NCBI GenBank assembly: GCA_041645165.1
Contig: JBAZQN010000003.1
Span: 28,198-92,197, forward strand
Length of the DNA: 64,000 nucleotides
Source of the DNA: Patescibacteria group bacterium
Lineage (GTDB): Bacteria; Patescibacteriota; Patescibacteriia; 2-02-FULL-49-11
Direction of reading: 5' to 3'
Part shown: in pieces, positions 8,908 to 17,888 of the stretch
Layout of the letters: each line of letters opens with the position of its first letter
How positions within the stretch are numbered: the stretch's first letter is position 1
Translations under genes and position numbers: made by a program
Notes under the pieces: generated by a model
The model's database searches: none
What the model saw: the letters and a program-made list of their open reading frames with translations, nothing else
Told to the model about the DNA's origin: nothing

Positions 8908-9720
8908 TCAATTTATCCCTTCGCCTGCGTCCACCAACGTCCTCAAATATTTCTTTACCGCATCAATCCCTTGCCCCTGCGGCACTTTATTAAACACATC
9001 CAGCACCGCGCTGCCGACGATGGCGACATCAGCCCCCGCCTCTTTGAGTGTCTTGATATGCTCATGTGTTGAAACGCCAAATCCCACCGCGATGGACACA
9101 TCCTTATGCGCCCGAATTCTTTGAAGATGGTGCGCAAGCTCCTTATGGAGCGACGCGCGCGCGCCGGTCGTTCCTTTCTGCCCGATGAAATAGAGAAACT
9201 GGTTTGGCTTATCCAGTACTTTCTCAACTCGCTCGTCCGTGCTCACGGTGGAAAGAAACCGCATCGCTACTAAACCAGAACGCGCTGCGTGCTCCAAAAA
9301 ATGATCATGCGCTTCTTCATCAATCGGAATATCAGGAACGATGAGCCCGCTCACCCCCACCTCTGCCGCATCTCTACAAAATTGCTCGACGCCGTAATGA
9401 AAGACAAGATTAAAATACGTCATAAATAGGAGAGGTATTTTACAGTGTGCCCCAACCAAATTCTGCGCCGCGGCAAACGCATCCTTCACCTTGAATCCTC
9501 TCTTAAGCGAGACTTCATTTGCCTTCATTATCGTCGGCCCGTCAGCCAAGGGATCTGAAAAAGGAATCTGCAGCTCGATAAAATCAACGCCCGCCCCTGC
9601 CATCGCATGCACAAGCCCAATGGAATCCTGCAGCGACGGATAGCCCAAGACAATATGGGCCATGATCCCTAATCTTTTCTCCTCTTTTATTTTATTGAGT
9701 CGTGTAATAATCTTGTTCAT
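8908..9720 (-). CDS. trpA: Tryptophan synthase alpha
   Basis: ELQIPFSDPLADGPTI, GLIVPDIP, GTTG, VGFG, VGSA. Confidence 0.97.
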   Translation of the reverse strand: MNKIITRLNKIKEEKRLGIMAHIVLGYPSLQDSIGLVHAMAGAGVDFIELQIPFSDPLADGPTIMKANEVSLKRGFKVKDAFAAAQNLVGAHCKIPLLFMTYFNLVFHYGVEQFCRDAAEVGVSGLIVPDIPIDEEAHDHFLEHAARSGLVAMRFLSTVSTDERVEKVLDKPNQFLYFIGQKGTTGARASLHKELAHHLQRIRAHKDVSIAVGFGVSTHEHIKTLKEAGADVAIVGSAVLDVFNKVPQGQGIDAVKKYLRTLVDAGEGIN

Positions 9721-9730
9721 ATTCACGTGT

Positions 9731-9833
9731 GTCATTCCCGCGAAGGCGGGAATCTAGAAAAAAAACAAACATAAAAATCGATCGTTTTCTTTTTGTTTTT
9801 TAGTTCTGGATCCCGTATCAAGTACGGGATGAC
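9731..9833. repeat. Family 2 palindrome supplying the trpB stop codon
   Basis: GTCATTCCCGCGAAGGCGGGAATC...GATCCCGTATCAAGTACGGGATGAC. Confidence 0.85.
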
Positions 9834-11119
9834 GGTAATGTTGACCTTCTCTTTAAGTATTCCTTCCAAATCTGCCCGCCGAATATATCCCCGAGAATAA
9901 ACAAATCTTTATCACCGCGTCCCGACATATTCACGACGATGATTTTTTCTTTGGATAAGGTGGGTGCAAGTTTCACGACATGCGCGAATGCGTGTGCCGA
10001 TTCAAGCGCGGCAAAGAGCCCCTCCATGCGCGCCAGAGCTTGAAATGCACTGAGCGCTTCCTCGTCGGTCGCCGACACATACTGCACTCTTCCCTTCTGG
10101 TAAAGCAGCCCATGCTCCGGCCCGATCCCCGCATAATCAAGGCCCGCAGAAATGCTATGCGTGTTTTGTATTTGCCCGTCTTCGTTCTGCAGAAAATAAG
10201 ACTTATATCCTTCAACAACCCCAAGCTTGGGATCGCGGGCTAGGCGCGCCGCGTGCTTCCCTGTTGATGTCACTCCCTCGCCCCCTGCCTCCACGCCAAT
10301 AAGACGCACGGAAGGCTCTTCCAAAAAGGTGTTGAAAATGCCTATGGCATTACTGCCGCCGCCCACGCACGCGATCACATAATCAGGGAGTTCTCTGCCT
10401 GTTTGTGCCTTTAACTGCTCCCGCACCTCAAGCCCCACAATATTCTGAAAATCGCGCACCAGAGAAGGGTAAGGGTGCGGGCCTAAAGCGCTTCCCAACA
10501 GGTAATAGCTCTCATCCACGTTCGCGATCCAGTCTTGGATGGCAGCCGTGACTGCGTCTTTTAAGCGTTTAGTGCCATGGGCAACCGGCACTACCTCAGC
10601 GCCCAATTGCTCCATCCAGAATACGTTCGGCCGCTGCCGTTCATAATCCACCTCGCCCATGTAGACGGTGCATGCAAATCCAAACTTCGCCGCGACCGTT
10701 GCGGCCGCCAGCCCATGCTGTCCCGCGCCTGTTTCTGCGATTAGGCGTTTTTTGCCCATGCGGCGAGCAAGGAGCGCCTGCCCCAGACAATGGTTCATCT
10801 TGTGCGCGCCGGTATGGTTTAATCCTTCATTTTTAATAAAAATATTCGCGCCGCCTAAGTGCGCGCTCAAATTTCGCGCAGAGGTAAGCGGCGTGGGGCG
10901 GCCGGAATAATTCTGATAGAGATCCATAAGCTCGCTCAAGAAAGTAGGATCATTTTTCGCGGTTGCATAGGCGCGCTCAAGCGCGAGTAACGCCGGCATC
11001 AAATTTTCCGGCACATACCTACCACCCAGCTCGCCAAAATGCCCCTGCGCGTCTGCATCGTACGGTGTGGAGAAAAAAATGTTCTTCACCCCGTTAGAAA
11101 TTTGTTTTGCATCTTGCAT
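9818..11119 (-). CDS. trpB: Tryptophan synthase beta
   Basis: GRPTPL, LNHTGAHKMN, ETGAGQHG, GGGSNA, SISAGLDY, ALESAHA, SGRGDKD. Confidence 0.98.
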   Translation of the reverse strand: MQDAKQISNGVKNIFFSTPYDADAQGHFGELGGRYVPENLMPALLALERAYATAKNDPTFLSELMDLYQNYSGRPTPLTSARNLSAHLGGANIFIKNEGLNHTGAHKMNHCLGQALLARRMGKKRLIAETGAGQHGLAAATVAAKFGFACTVYMGEVDYERQRPNVFWMEQLGAEVVPVAHGTKRLKDAVTAAIQDWIANVDESYYLLGSALGPHPYPSLVRDFQNIVGLEVREQLKAQTGRELPDYVIACVGGGSNAIGIFNTFLEEPSVRLIGVEAGGEGVTSTGKHAARLARDPKLGVVEGYKSYFLQNEDGQIQNTHSISAGLDYAGIGPEHGLLYQKGRVQYVSATDEEALSAFQALARMEGLFAALESAHAFAHVVKLAPTLSKEKIIVVNMSGRGDKDLFILGDIFGGQIWKEYLKRRSTLPSSRT

Positions 11120-11166
11120 AATATTTCATCCCTGTTAGAAGTCTTTCTTGTGATTTCTAACGGGGT
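11088..11166. repeat. ACCCCGTTAGAAA...TTTCTAACGGGGT inverted-repeat element spanning the trpB start
   Basis: 13-bp perfect terminal inverted repeats; related ends at 50596-50705. Confidence 0.75.
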
Positions 11167-11228
11167 TAATAAACAATATGACCATTTAGCCATGTATACT
11201 CGATTGCTATTCAAATTTCGATTGCATC

Positions 11229-11393
11229 GTCGTTCCCGCCCCGTATCACGGTACGGGGTAAACCATGGCCTCGCGCAGGCGGGGCTCTTGCGGGAATCCA
11301 GACGCCGTCCTCGACCGAGATCGGGAAAAACCAAAAGAAAATCGATTTTTGCTTGTTTTTTATGTCTGGATTCCAAATCAGGTCTGGAATGAC
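11229..11393. repeat. Family 2 palindrome with nested hairpin insert
   Basis: Contains CCCCGTAT..TACGGGGTAAACCATGGCCTCGCG insert shared with the 12929 copy. Confidence 0.85.
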
Positions 11394-11437
11394 AATCGAA
11401 ATTGGGTTGGCAATTTATTATAACCATTACGCTATTT

Positions 11438-12073
11438 CTATTTTGCGTTTTTAATAAACAATCGTACCTTTCGCATATCTTTCACCCCCGGTTTAACTTC
11501 AACTCCGCCCGAGGCATCAATAATTCGCGATCGCGTAAACTTGATGCCATCATGGATATTTTCTGGTGTCAACCCGCCGGAGAGCACCACCTCATATCCC
11601 GCTTCAACAAGCTCACGCGCGAAGTTCCAGTCAGCACGCTTTCCGCTCCCGCCTGCCCCGTGCATTGGATTTTTTGCATCAACCAGCAGCACCTCAACGA
11701 CACTCGCGTAGTGCAGGTAATTTTGCCGCGTCACCGCTTTCCATATTATTACCCCTCGTTTTCGCAGCCGATTAACGTAGGCCGTTGTTTCATTCCCATG
11801 CAATTGCCAAATACTGATTCCCGATTCCTCGATTAACCTGCACAACCGTTCAAACGGCAGATTCACCACCACCCCCACCGTACGGGCAGAAAATTTTCTG
11901 CCCCTACACCTATTATTTACCGCCTCCTGTATCTCCCGAGCTTTCTCTCCCGTAACGCTTCTTGGACTCTTAGGAAATTCTATAACACAGCCTACAAAGT
12001 CCGCGCCTTGCCGCGCGATTTCCCGCGCCTGCGCGGGCAGTGTCACACCGCAAATTTTTACCTTTACGTTCAT
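11438..12073 (-). CDS. trpF: Phosphoribosylanthranilate isomerase
   Basis: VKICG, SPRSV, QLHGNE, GGSG, SGGLTPEN, DASGGVE. Confidence 0.96.
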   Translation of the reverse strand: MNVKVKICGVTLPAQAREIARQGADFVGCVIEFPKSPRSVTGEKAREIQEAVNNRCRGRKFSARTVGVVVNLPFERLCRLIEESGISIWQLHGNETTAYVNRLRKRGVIIWKAVTRQNYLHYASVVEVLLVDAKNPMHGAGGSGKRADWNFARELVEAGYEVVLSGGLTPENIHDGIKFTRSRIIDASGGVEVKPGVKDMRKVRLFIKNAK

Positions 12074-12098
12074 ATCCGAAATATAAAACTTATTAGGC

Positions 12099-12920
12099 TT
12101 ATTCTGCCAACGATAACGCTCTGACCATATTTACAGGATCGCCCGATTTCATCAGCGCTTCCCCCACCAATACAGCGCGTACACCAGCATGGTGCCACTT
12201 CCGTACTATTTCAGCTGATACAACGCCGGACTCGCCGATCAGTAAGGGCAAAAAATCTTTTGCCCCTACGGCACGTGTCGCCGTTCTTGCCAATCTCACC
12301 ACCCTATCCACATCCACCGTCAAATCAACCAGACTCCGCGCGTTTATCCCGATAATTTCTGCGCCAATCTTCATGGCACGTTCAAAATCCTCCTCTTGTT
12401 CCACTTCCACCAATACCTGAAGCCCAAGCGCACGGCTTAATTGAAAGAGCCTTTTTAGTTCATCGTCTTCAAGCCATCTGGTAATAAGGAGCACGAGATC
12501 TGCGCCTGCCGCCTTGGATTCATACACCTGATACTCGCTGATGATGAAATCTTTGCGCAAAAATGGCATGGAGGGGAAACTCTCTTTCAGTTGCTTCAAT
12601 TCTTCCAATGAACCGTTAAAATAATTCGGCTCGGTAAGCACGGATATGGCGACTGCGCCGCCATCCACGTACGCCTGCACCTGCGCCAGATGGTCGCGGC
12701 CGCTGATCATGCCTGCGTTCGGGCTTGCGTGCTTGATCTCACCGATAACCGCGACAGGGCTCTGCCGCCTTACGATGCGTTCCTTTATGTCAACGAGGAG
12801 CAGTGTCCGCACGGCCGCTAGCCGCTTCAAATCCTCCAAAGGAACAGCCGCCTCTTCTTTCTGAACGCGTTCCTGAATGATTGGATAAATTTTTCCTAAA
12901 AATCCATTCAAATTTTTCAT
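12099..12920 (-). CDS. trpC: Indole-3-glycerol phosphate synthase
   Basis: EIKHASP, SVLTE, LRKDF, GINAR, ESG, LVGEALM. Confidence 0.96.
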   Translation of the reverse strand: MKNLNGFLGKIYPIIQERVQKEEAAVPLEDLKRLAAVRTLLLVDIKERIVRRQSPVAVIGEIKHASPNAGMISGRDHLAQVQAYVDGGAVAISVLTEPNYFNGSLEELKQLKESFPSMPFLRKDFIISEYQVYESKAAGADLVLLITRWLEDDELKRLFQLSRALGLQVLVEVEQEEDFERAMKIGAEIIGINARSLVDLTVDVDRVVRLARTATRAVGAKDFLPLLIGESGVVSAEIVRKWHHAGVRAVLVGEALMKSGDPVNMVRALSLAE

Positions 12921-12928
12921 ACTCAACT

Positions 12929-13074
12929 GTCATTCCCGCCCCGTATGCCGCTACGGGGTAAACCATGGCCTCGCGAGGCGGGGCTCCGGCGGGAATCCAG
13001 ATAAATAACAAACATGAATTACCGATCGTTTTCTTTTTGTTTTATCTAGATCCCGTATCTCGGTACGGGATGAC
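12929..13074. repeat. Family 2 palindrome with nested hairpin insert
   Basis: GTCATTCCCG...GGGAATCCAG...GATCCCGTATCTCGGTACGGGATGAC. Confidence 0.85.
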
Positions 13075-13099
13075 AACAGGACGTATTCGTGCCCGATAA

Positions 13100-14122
13100 T
13101 CAACTTTTCAACCTATTACTCACCTCAATAAACTTTTCCAACAACTTCGTCGCTTCCCCATTCGTCACTGCCTCTCTCGCTATTGCAATCCCTTCTCCAA
13201 CATCCTTCGCTTGCCCCGCCACATACAACGCCGCACCGCTGTTGAAAAGCACCGTATCAAGCCGCGCTCCTTTCTCTCCCGAGAGCACGGCACGGATAAT
13301 CGATGCATTCTCCTGTACATCACCACCTCTCAGGTCATTGTTCGTCGCGTGCGAAAAACCGTAATCCTGCGGATCTAAGACATACTTCTCGATAATTCCT
13401 CGCTTCACTTCATACGCGTCAGCAGTGGCCGTAGTGGTAAGCTCGTCGTGCCCATCCCCACTGCGCACTACCATTGCGTGTTCGCTGCCTAAAAGCCGTA
13501 GAGTTTGCGCAATTATCTGCATCTTCGCGGGATCGGCAATGCCGATAATTTGCCGCCGCGGCATCGCGGGATTCACGAGCGGCCCTAAGATATTGAACAG
13601 CGTGCGCACTCCAAGCTCTTTCCGCACTGGCCCCACCTTCGCAAACGCAGGGTGATACAGAGGCGCGAAGAGAAACACAATACCCGCTTCTTCTAAACAG
13701 CGGCTTGCCTGCGCGGGCGTGAGATTAATATTCACACCCAGCGCTTCCAGGACGTCCGCGCTCCCGCACGCGCTCGAGACCGCCCGGTTGCCGTGTTTTG
13801 CCACTTTCACTCCGCACGCCACGACGACCAGCGCGGTTGCCGTAGAAATGTTGAAAGTGCCTCTGCCATCGCCGCCAGTCCCGCACGTATCAAAAACTTC
13901 CGTGTGTGCGCCGGGTAAGGCTATTGCGTGGGTGCGGAGCGACCGCACAAAACCCACGATCTCCTCTGCAGTTTCGCCTTTTATGCGAAGTGCTACCAAC
14001 AATGCGGCAATCTGCGCAGGGGTATAGTCCCCTCCTATAATCGTTTCCATCACTAGCTCTGCCTCTGTTAAAGTAAAGCTCTCTCGATTGAGTATTTTGT
14101 TGAGTATTTCAGAGTATATCAT
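13100..14122 (-). CDS. trpD: Anthranilate phosphoribosyltransferase
   Basis: DTCGTGGDG, FNISTA, KHGNR, GSADVLE, FNILGPLVNP, DGHDE. Confidence 0.97.
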   Translation of the reverse strand: MIYSEILNKILNRESFTLTEAELVMETIIGGDYTPAQIAALLVALRIKGETAEEIVGFVRSLRTHAIALPGAHTEVFDTCGTGGDGRGTFNISTATALVVVACGVKVAKHGNRAVSSACGSADVLEALGVNINLTPAQASRCLEEAGIVFLFAPLYHPAFAKVGPVRKELGVRTLFNILGPLVNPAMPRRQIIGIADPAKMQIIAQTLRLLGSEHAMVVRSGDGHDELTTTATADAYEVKRGIIEKYVLDPQDYGFSHATNNDLRGGDVQENASIIRAVLSGEKGARLDTVLFNSGAALYVAGQAKDVGEGIAIAREAVTNGEATKLLEKFIEVSNRLKS

Positions 14123-14697
14123 AGGCCTAAAAAATTCTTTATTAAATCCATACCCAATTCCGTCCTAATCGATTCGGGATGGAACTGAATACCCTCAATA
14201 GGAAATTGGCGATGCCGCACGCCCATGATCTGCCCGTCATCCTTTGCGAGGGCCGTAATCTCGAGGCATGCAGGGAGGCTTTCCCTCTCGCCCGCGAGAG
14301 AATGATAGCGCATGCCCTGCAAGGGACTGGCAAGACTCTTGAAAATACCTTTTCCTTCGTGCACGATAAGGCTCACTTTGCCGTGTTTGACGACTGGCGC
14401 GCGCACCACGCGCCCCCCAAACGCCGCAATAATCCCCTGATGCCCGAGACACACGCCCAACACCGGCGTCGTTTTTCCGCATTCAAGAATAACGTCTTTA
14501 CATACACCGAAGTATTGGGGGTCCGTAGGATCGCCCGGGCCCGGGGAAATGACGACATGGGTATACCCTCCTCCCCTCACGTCATCTAATGTGACTGCAT
14601 CATTCCTTTCTACCACAGGATTTCCTCCCAACATCCCCACATATTGGTAGAGGTTGTAGGTGAATGAATCGTAGTTGTCGATAATAAGTATTTTCAT
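14119..14697 (-). CDS. trpG: Anthranilate synthase component II
   Basis: IDNYDSFTYNL, SPGPG, GVCLGHQ, RYHSL, QFHPES. Confidence 0.95.
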   Translation of the reverse strand: MKILIIDNYDSFTYNLYQYVGMLGGNPVVERNDAVTLDDVRGGGYTHVVISPGPGDPTDPQYFGVCKDVILECGKTTPVLGVCLGHQGIIAAFGGRVVRAPVVKHGKVSLIVHEGKGIFKSLASPLQGMRYHSLAGERESLPACLEITALAKDDGQIMGVRHRQFPIEGIQFHPESIRTELGMDLIKNFLGL

Positions 14698-14756
14698 AAT
14701 CTTTCTTCTTCCCTTCTCCTCCTAGTGGGCGGGGTTAATCTCAGAGTGAGGATTAG

Positions 14757-14846
14757 CCGTTGAAAAACCCTCCGCAGTCCCGCAGTGGCGGGACGAGGCG
14801 GAGTGCCCCGCCGCGCTGGAGGCGGGGACGCGTGTTTTTCCAACGG
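14757..14846. repeat. Family 3 multibranched palindrome
   Basis: Same scaffold as 3013-3119; closing stem CCGTTG-AAAAAC/GTTTTTCCAACGG. Confidence 0.7.
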
Positions 14847-14867
14847 ACAAGCCGAACGACTGTACGT

Positions 14868-16169
14868 TCACACTCGCGCACACGCTACCGCCTGTTGTAT
14901 TGCCCTCTGTTTATTCATAATCTCCTCATATTCCTTCTCGCACACCGAATCATACACAATCCCGCTTCCTGACCTGGTATATGCCTTGTTGCCTGAGACA
15001 AAGAGCGAACGGATCGCAATCGCAAACATCGCATCGCCATTCACGCTAAAATATCCGACAGACCCCCCGTACAAACCGCGCGGGCTCCTCTCCAATGCGG
15101 CGATTATTTTCATTGCCTCAATCTTGGGCGCGCCAGTGAGCGTGCCTGCGGGGGCGCACGCCGCCAGAACATCAAAACTGTCCAACCCTTTGCGCAGAGT
15201 CCCGCGTATTTCTGTCGATAAATGCTGCACATGGCTATAGCGCTTCACTGCCATGAGCCCTTCTACGCGCACGCTCCCGAACTCCGCCACCCTGCCGACG
15301 TCATTGCGCGCCAAATCCACGAGCATCATGTGTTCTGCCACTTCCTTTTCGTCGGATTTTAATTGCGCCGCAAGACGCTCATCCTCTTGCCTGTCTGCGC
15401 CGCGCTTTATGGTCCCGGCAAGCGTGCCAAAATGCTCAATTGCGTGCCCCTTGGTCCTGAATAACAATTCCGGCGATGCACCCAGCGCATACCTTTCCCG
15501 GAACTTCATACAATACATGTGCGGCGAAGGATTAATTTCGCGCAGGTTCCCGTACACCGCGACTGGCGATCCTGCACACTCATACTCAAACCCCACAGAA
15601 AATACAATCTGAAATGCATCGCCCCTCCCCACATGCTCTTTGATTGATGCAAACGCCTCTTGGTATTGCGGCAGCGACATATCCGAGGTGTGCGATTCCA
15701 CCTCAAAACGGGGTGTCTCACCATGTTTTTTTAGCATCTCCTTGAACTGCGCTCTCCTGTCCTTTTCAAGCGTGAAGTACCGTATTGATTGCGTGTGCTT
15801 ATCAAAAATAAAACCATCAAGGTAGAGTCCGAACTCAAATTGGGGAAAATACGGCTGCTTTTTCCCCGAGAAAGCCGGTTCAAAAAGCGCCGTGCCGTCA
15901 TATGAGACATATCCCACCAGACCGCCATGATAATGCGGCGGCAGCCCCTCGACATGGGGAAGCAGACCCTTTAACGCGGCATAATCAGTAGTGGCATCAG
16001 AAACCACTGATTGCGGCTCCGCGCCAAGGTACGTGAAACGGGAAAACTCCGATTCCGCGCCAAGCGACTCAAGGATAAAAGCGTTTTCGCAGCGCTGTGC
16101 AAGCCTTTCAAATATCTCAAATGGCTTTAAATCGGTGCTAAATTCGAACTCTTGATATTGAAAACTCAT
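14868..16169 (-). CDS. trpE: Anthranilate synthase component I
   Basis: NPSPHM, GASPE, LAGT, EHMMLVDLARND, GTLTGAPK, YGG, GIVYDS. Confidence 0.96.
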   Translation of the reverse strand: MSFQYQEFEFSTDLKPFEIFERLAQRCENAFILESLGAESEFSRFTYLGAEPQSVVSDATTDYAALKGLLPHVEGLPPHYHGGLVGYVSYDGTALFEPAFSGKKQPYFPQFEFGLYLDGFIFDKHTQSIRYFTLEKDRRAQFKEMLKKHGETPRFEVESHTSDMSLPQYQEAFASIKEHVGRGDAFQIVFSVGFEYECAGSPVAVYGNLREINPSPHMYCMKFRERYALGASPELLFRTKGHAIEHFGTLAGTIKRGADRQEDERLAAQLKSDEKEVAEHMMLVDLARNDVGRVAEFGSVRVEGLMAVKRYSHVQHLSTEIRGTLRKGLDSFDVLAACAPAGTLTGAPKIEAMKIIAALERSPRGLYGGSVGYFSVNGDAMFAIAIRSLFVSGNKAYTRSGSGIVYDSVCEKEYEEIMNKQRAIQQAVACARV

Positions 16170-16185
16170 AAGTATTCAATGGATA

Positions 16186-16255
16186 CCACCCCTTATGTCC
16201 CCTCCTTACTAAGAGCCTGACCCGTGTTTATCACGGGGAGGGGGTAGGGAGGTCT
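16186..16255. repeat. CCCCTCCTT/GAGGGG-type palindrome in the trpE 5' region
   Basis: ACCACCCC..CCCCTCC..GGAGGGG..GGGAGGT with internal CCCGTG/CACGGG hairpin. Confidence 0.5.
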
Positions 16256-16285
16256 CCTTAATTTAAAACCAATGGCGTACATAAC

Positions 16286-16314
16286 AAAAAACTGACCCCC
16301 TCTCGGGGATCAGT
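16286..16314 (-). terminator. trp attenuator terminator
   Basis: ACTGATCCCC-GAGA-GGGGGTCAGT-TTTTT on minus strand. Confidence 0.9.
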
Positions 16315-16349
16315 CAGCGTTAGGTAAGGTAAAAAATCTCTGGAATACC

Positions 16350-16415
16350 TCAAACCACTGATCTCCGAGAGAGACCAGTGCTCCACCAATTCAATTGCAC
16401 GTTCGTATATTTCAT
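16350..16415 (-). CDS. trpL: trp leader peptide MKYTNVQLNWWSTGLSRRSVV
   Basis: Tandem TGG TGG codons; alternative 1:2, 2:3 and 3:4 hairpins. Confidence 0.92.
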   Translation of the reverse strand: MKYTNVQLNWWSTGLSRRSVV

Positions 16416-16428
16416 ATTAAGTATCCAC

Positions 16429-16457
16429 ACTATAGCTCAGCATGATTTTTATGTCAA
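16429..16457 (-). promoter_or_regulatory. Sigma70 promoter of trp leader/operon
   Basis: TTGACA-17 bp-TATAGT, ending 13 nt before the leader ATG. Confidence 0.85.
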
Positions 16458-16482
16458 ATTTCTTTCCCACTCCCCATAGTCA

Positions 16483-16511
16483 TTGACAACTCTCTCTCTC
16501 TCTGCTTAACT
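16483..16511 (+). promoter_or_regulatory. Divergent sigma70-like promoter with (CT)7 spacer
   Basis: TTGACA-17 bp-TTAACT; spacer contains CTCTCTCTCTCTCT (16490-16503). Confidence 0.6.
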
Positions 16512-16597
16512 GAACGTTAAAACTAATTCACAAATAGAGAGATTTTGTAATTCCTGCCCTTTGAAAACCTAGACGAAAAAATAGAGGAGAATTTGCC

Positions 16598-17707
16598 GTG
16601 GAAAATTTACACATCCAAACCGAAGGGTTTGCGGGATTCCTCATTCCTGCGATTGAAAAAATCATAAAAGTGGCATTCGATGTCCCGCTTTGCTGCACCA
16701 ACGCCGGAGAGAATTTAGATCAGGTCGTTGCCGAACTTATCGGCTCTAACCAAGTCCGGCAAGAAGGTGTACCCGTAACATCTGAGCTCCAACAAGGGGT
16801 TACCGAGATCGTGAAATATTACGTTGGCCTTCAACGTCCCATCCCCATTCTGACACCATGTGGAGGGAGAAAAACCATTTGTGGTCTCAGTATTGACGTG
16901 GCTGAACTTGTCGCGTTAAAAATGCTCATGTGTCTTCAACGGCGGGTACAGCAACATTATCCTCCAGGGTTGGAAATTCGTATACGAATTGAGGATATGG
17001 GCGCACTCCATCTCTTTAACCGAGATGATATCGCAACAAATCGACGCACGGTGAATGAGTATGCGAACGATTTCAGCTCATTAGTTCACATACTTGGGTT
17101 CGACTTATTACCGATACCGGAAAGCACTTTCATGGACGAGAAGCAGTACTCGGCTCTCGCCGACAGCTTCATCCCGCTATTGGAAGCTTATATCGTTGAG
17201 TCCGATGAGCACGGGCTTGATGCTTATGAGCGACTTCCCTGTTGGAAACAGTTGGCAGAAGTGGGGTGGACCGGTCCTATTCCGATTGAACAACGGGAAT
17301 ACTATCGTTCCCGTTACCGGGTACTCTATCCCGGCATTACGCCAGCCCAAGCAACGGAAATGCTGGCTCGTTATTTTGCCGGGTCGTTGGCAAGATACAA
17401 ACTGAACGGAACCTGCGTAGGTGACCTTGAAGGAAAATACATTCAAGTCACCTTCATGTGCCCGATTCCAGGTGTTCCTCCCGAAATGGTCTGGCGAAAT
17501 ATCTACTACCGCACGCTCCCGACCAAATTGGCGCGCACCCACATTCCCTTCTGGCGAGGAAAGGGGTACTTGCGAGTTCAGGGCGATACTGTTTGCCCAA
17601 AACTCGCGAGTTGGAGCGAACAGCTCAAATACAATCCCGCCTCAATTACTCTCTCCAACCAAAATTTAGCGGTAACCCTCGCCGCCGATTATGTAATCAT
17701 GCATTAA
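16598..17707 (+). CDS. Hypothetical protein, possible distant DIT1/PvcA (isonitrile synthase) family member
   Basis: RPIPILTPCGGRK..IDVAELVALKML..RVQQHYPPGLEIRIRIED resembles the PvcA N-terminal block; SD AGAGGAG upstream. Confidence 0.5.
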   Translation: MENLHIQTEGFAGFLIPAIEKIIKVAFDVPLCCTNAGENLDQVVAELIGSNQVRQEGVPVTSELQQGVTEIVKYYVGLQRPIPILTPCGGRKTICGLSIDVAELVALKMLMCLQRRVQQHYPPGLEIRIRIEDMGALHLFNRDDIATNRRTVNEYANDFSSLVHILGFDLLPIPESTFMDEKQYSALADSFIPLLEAYIVESDEHGLDAYERLPCWKQLAEVGWTGPIPIEQREYYRSRYRVLYPGITPAQATEMLARYFAGSLARYKLNGTCVGDLEGKYIQVTFMCPIPGVPPEMVWRNIYYRTLPTKLARTHIPFWRGKGYLRVQGDTVCPKLASWSEQLKYNPASITLSNQNLAVTLAADYVIMH

Positions 17708-17722
17708 TCTCTCCTCACTATA

Positions 17723-17758
17723 AAAACACGAACAGGTGAAAATCCATCTGTTCGTGTT
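17723..17758 (+). terminator. Hairpin downstream of the 16598 gene
   Basis: AACACGAACAGGTG-AAAATC-CATCTGTTCGTGTT. Confidence 0.6.
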
Positions 17759-17888
17759 CCCTCCTTTGTTACGAGATACTCGTGATAATGGAGAGAACAT
17801 TCATATCCACATAAAAAGTCCCTATTGAAGTCGGGATTTTTAATAAAAATCTGCTTTCGAGCCATTTCGCGCCAAATGGCTCATATTT

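Noticed and set aside
11086-11427. 113-aa ORF between trpF and trpB
   Set aside because: Made entirely of repeat elements
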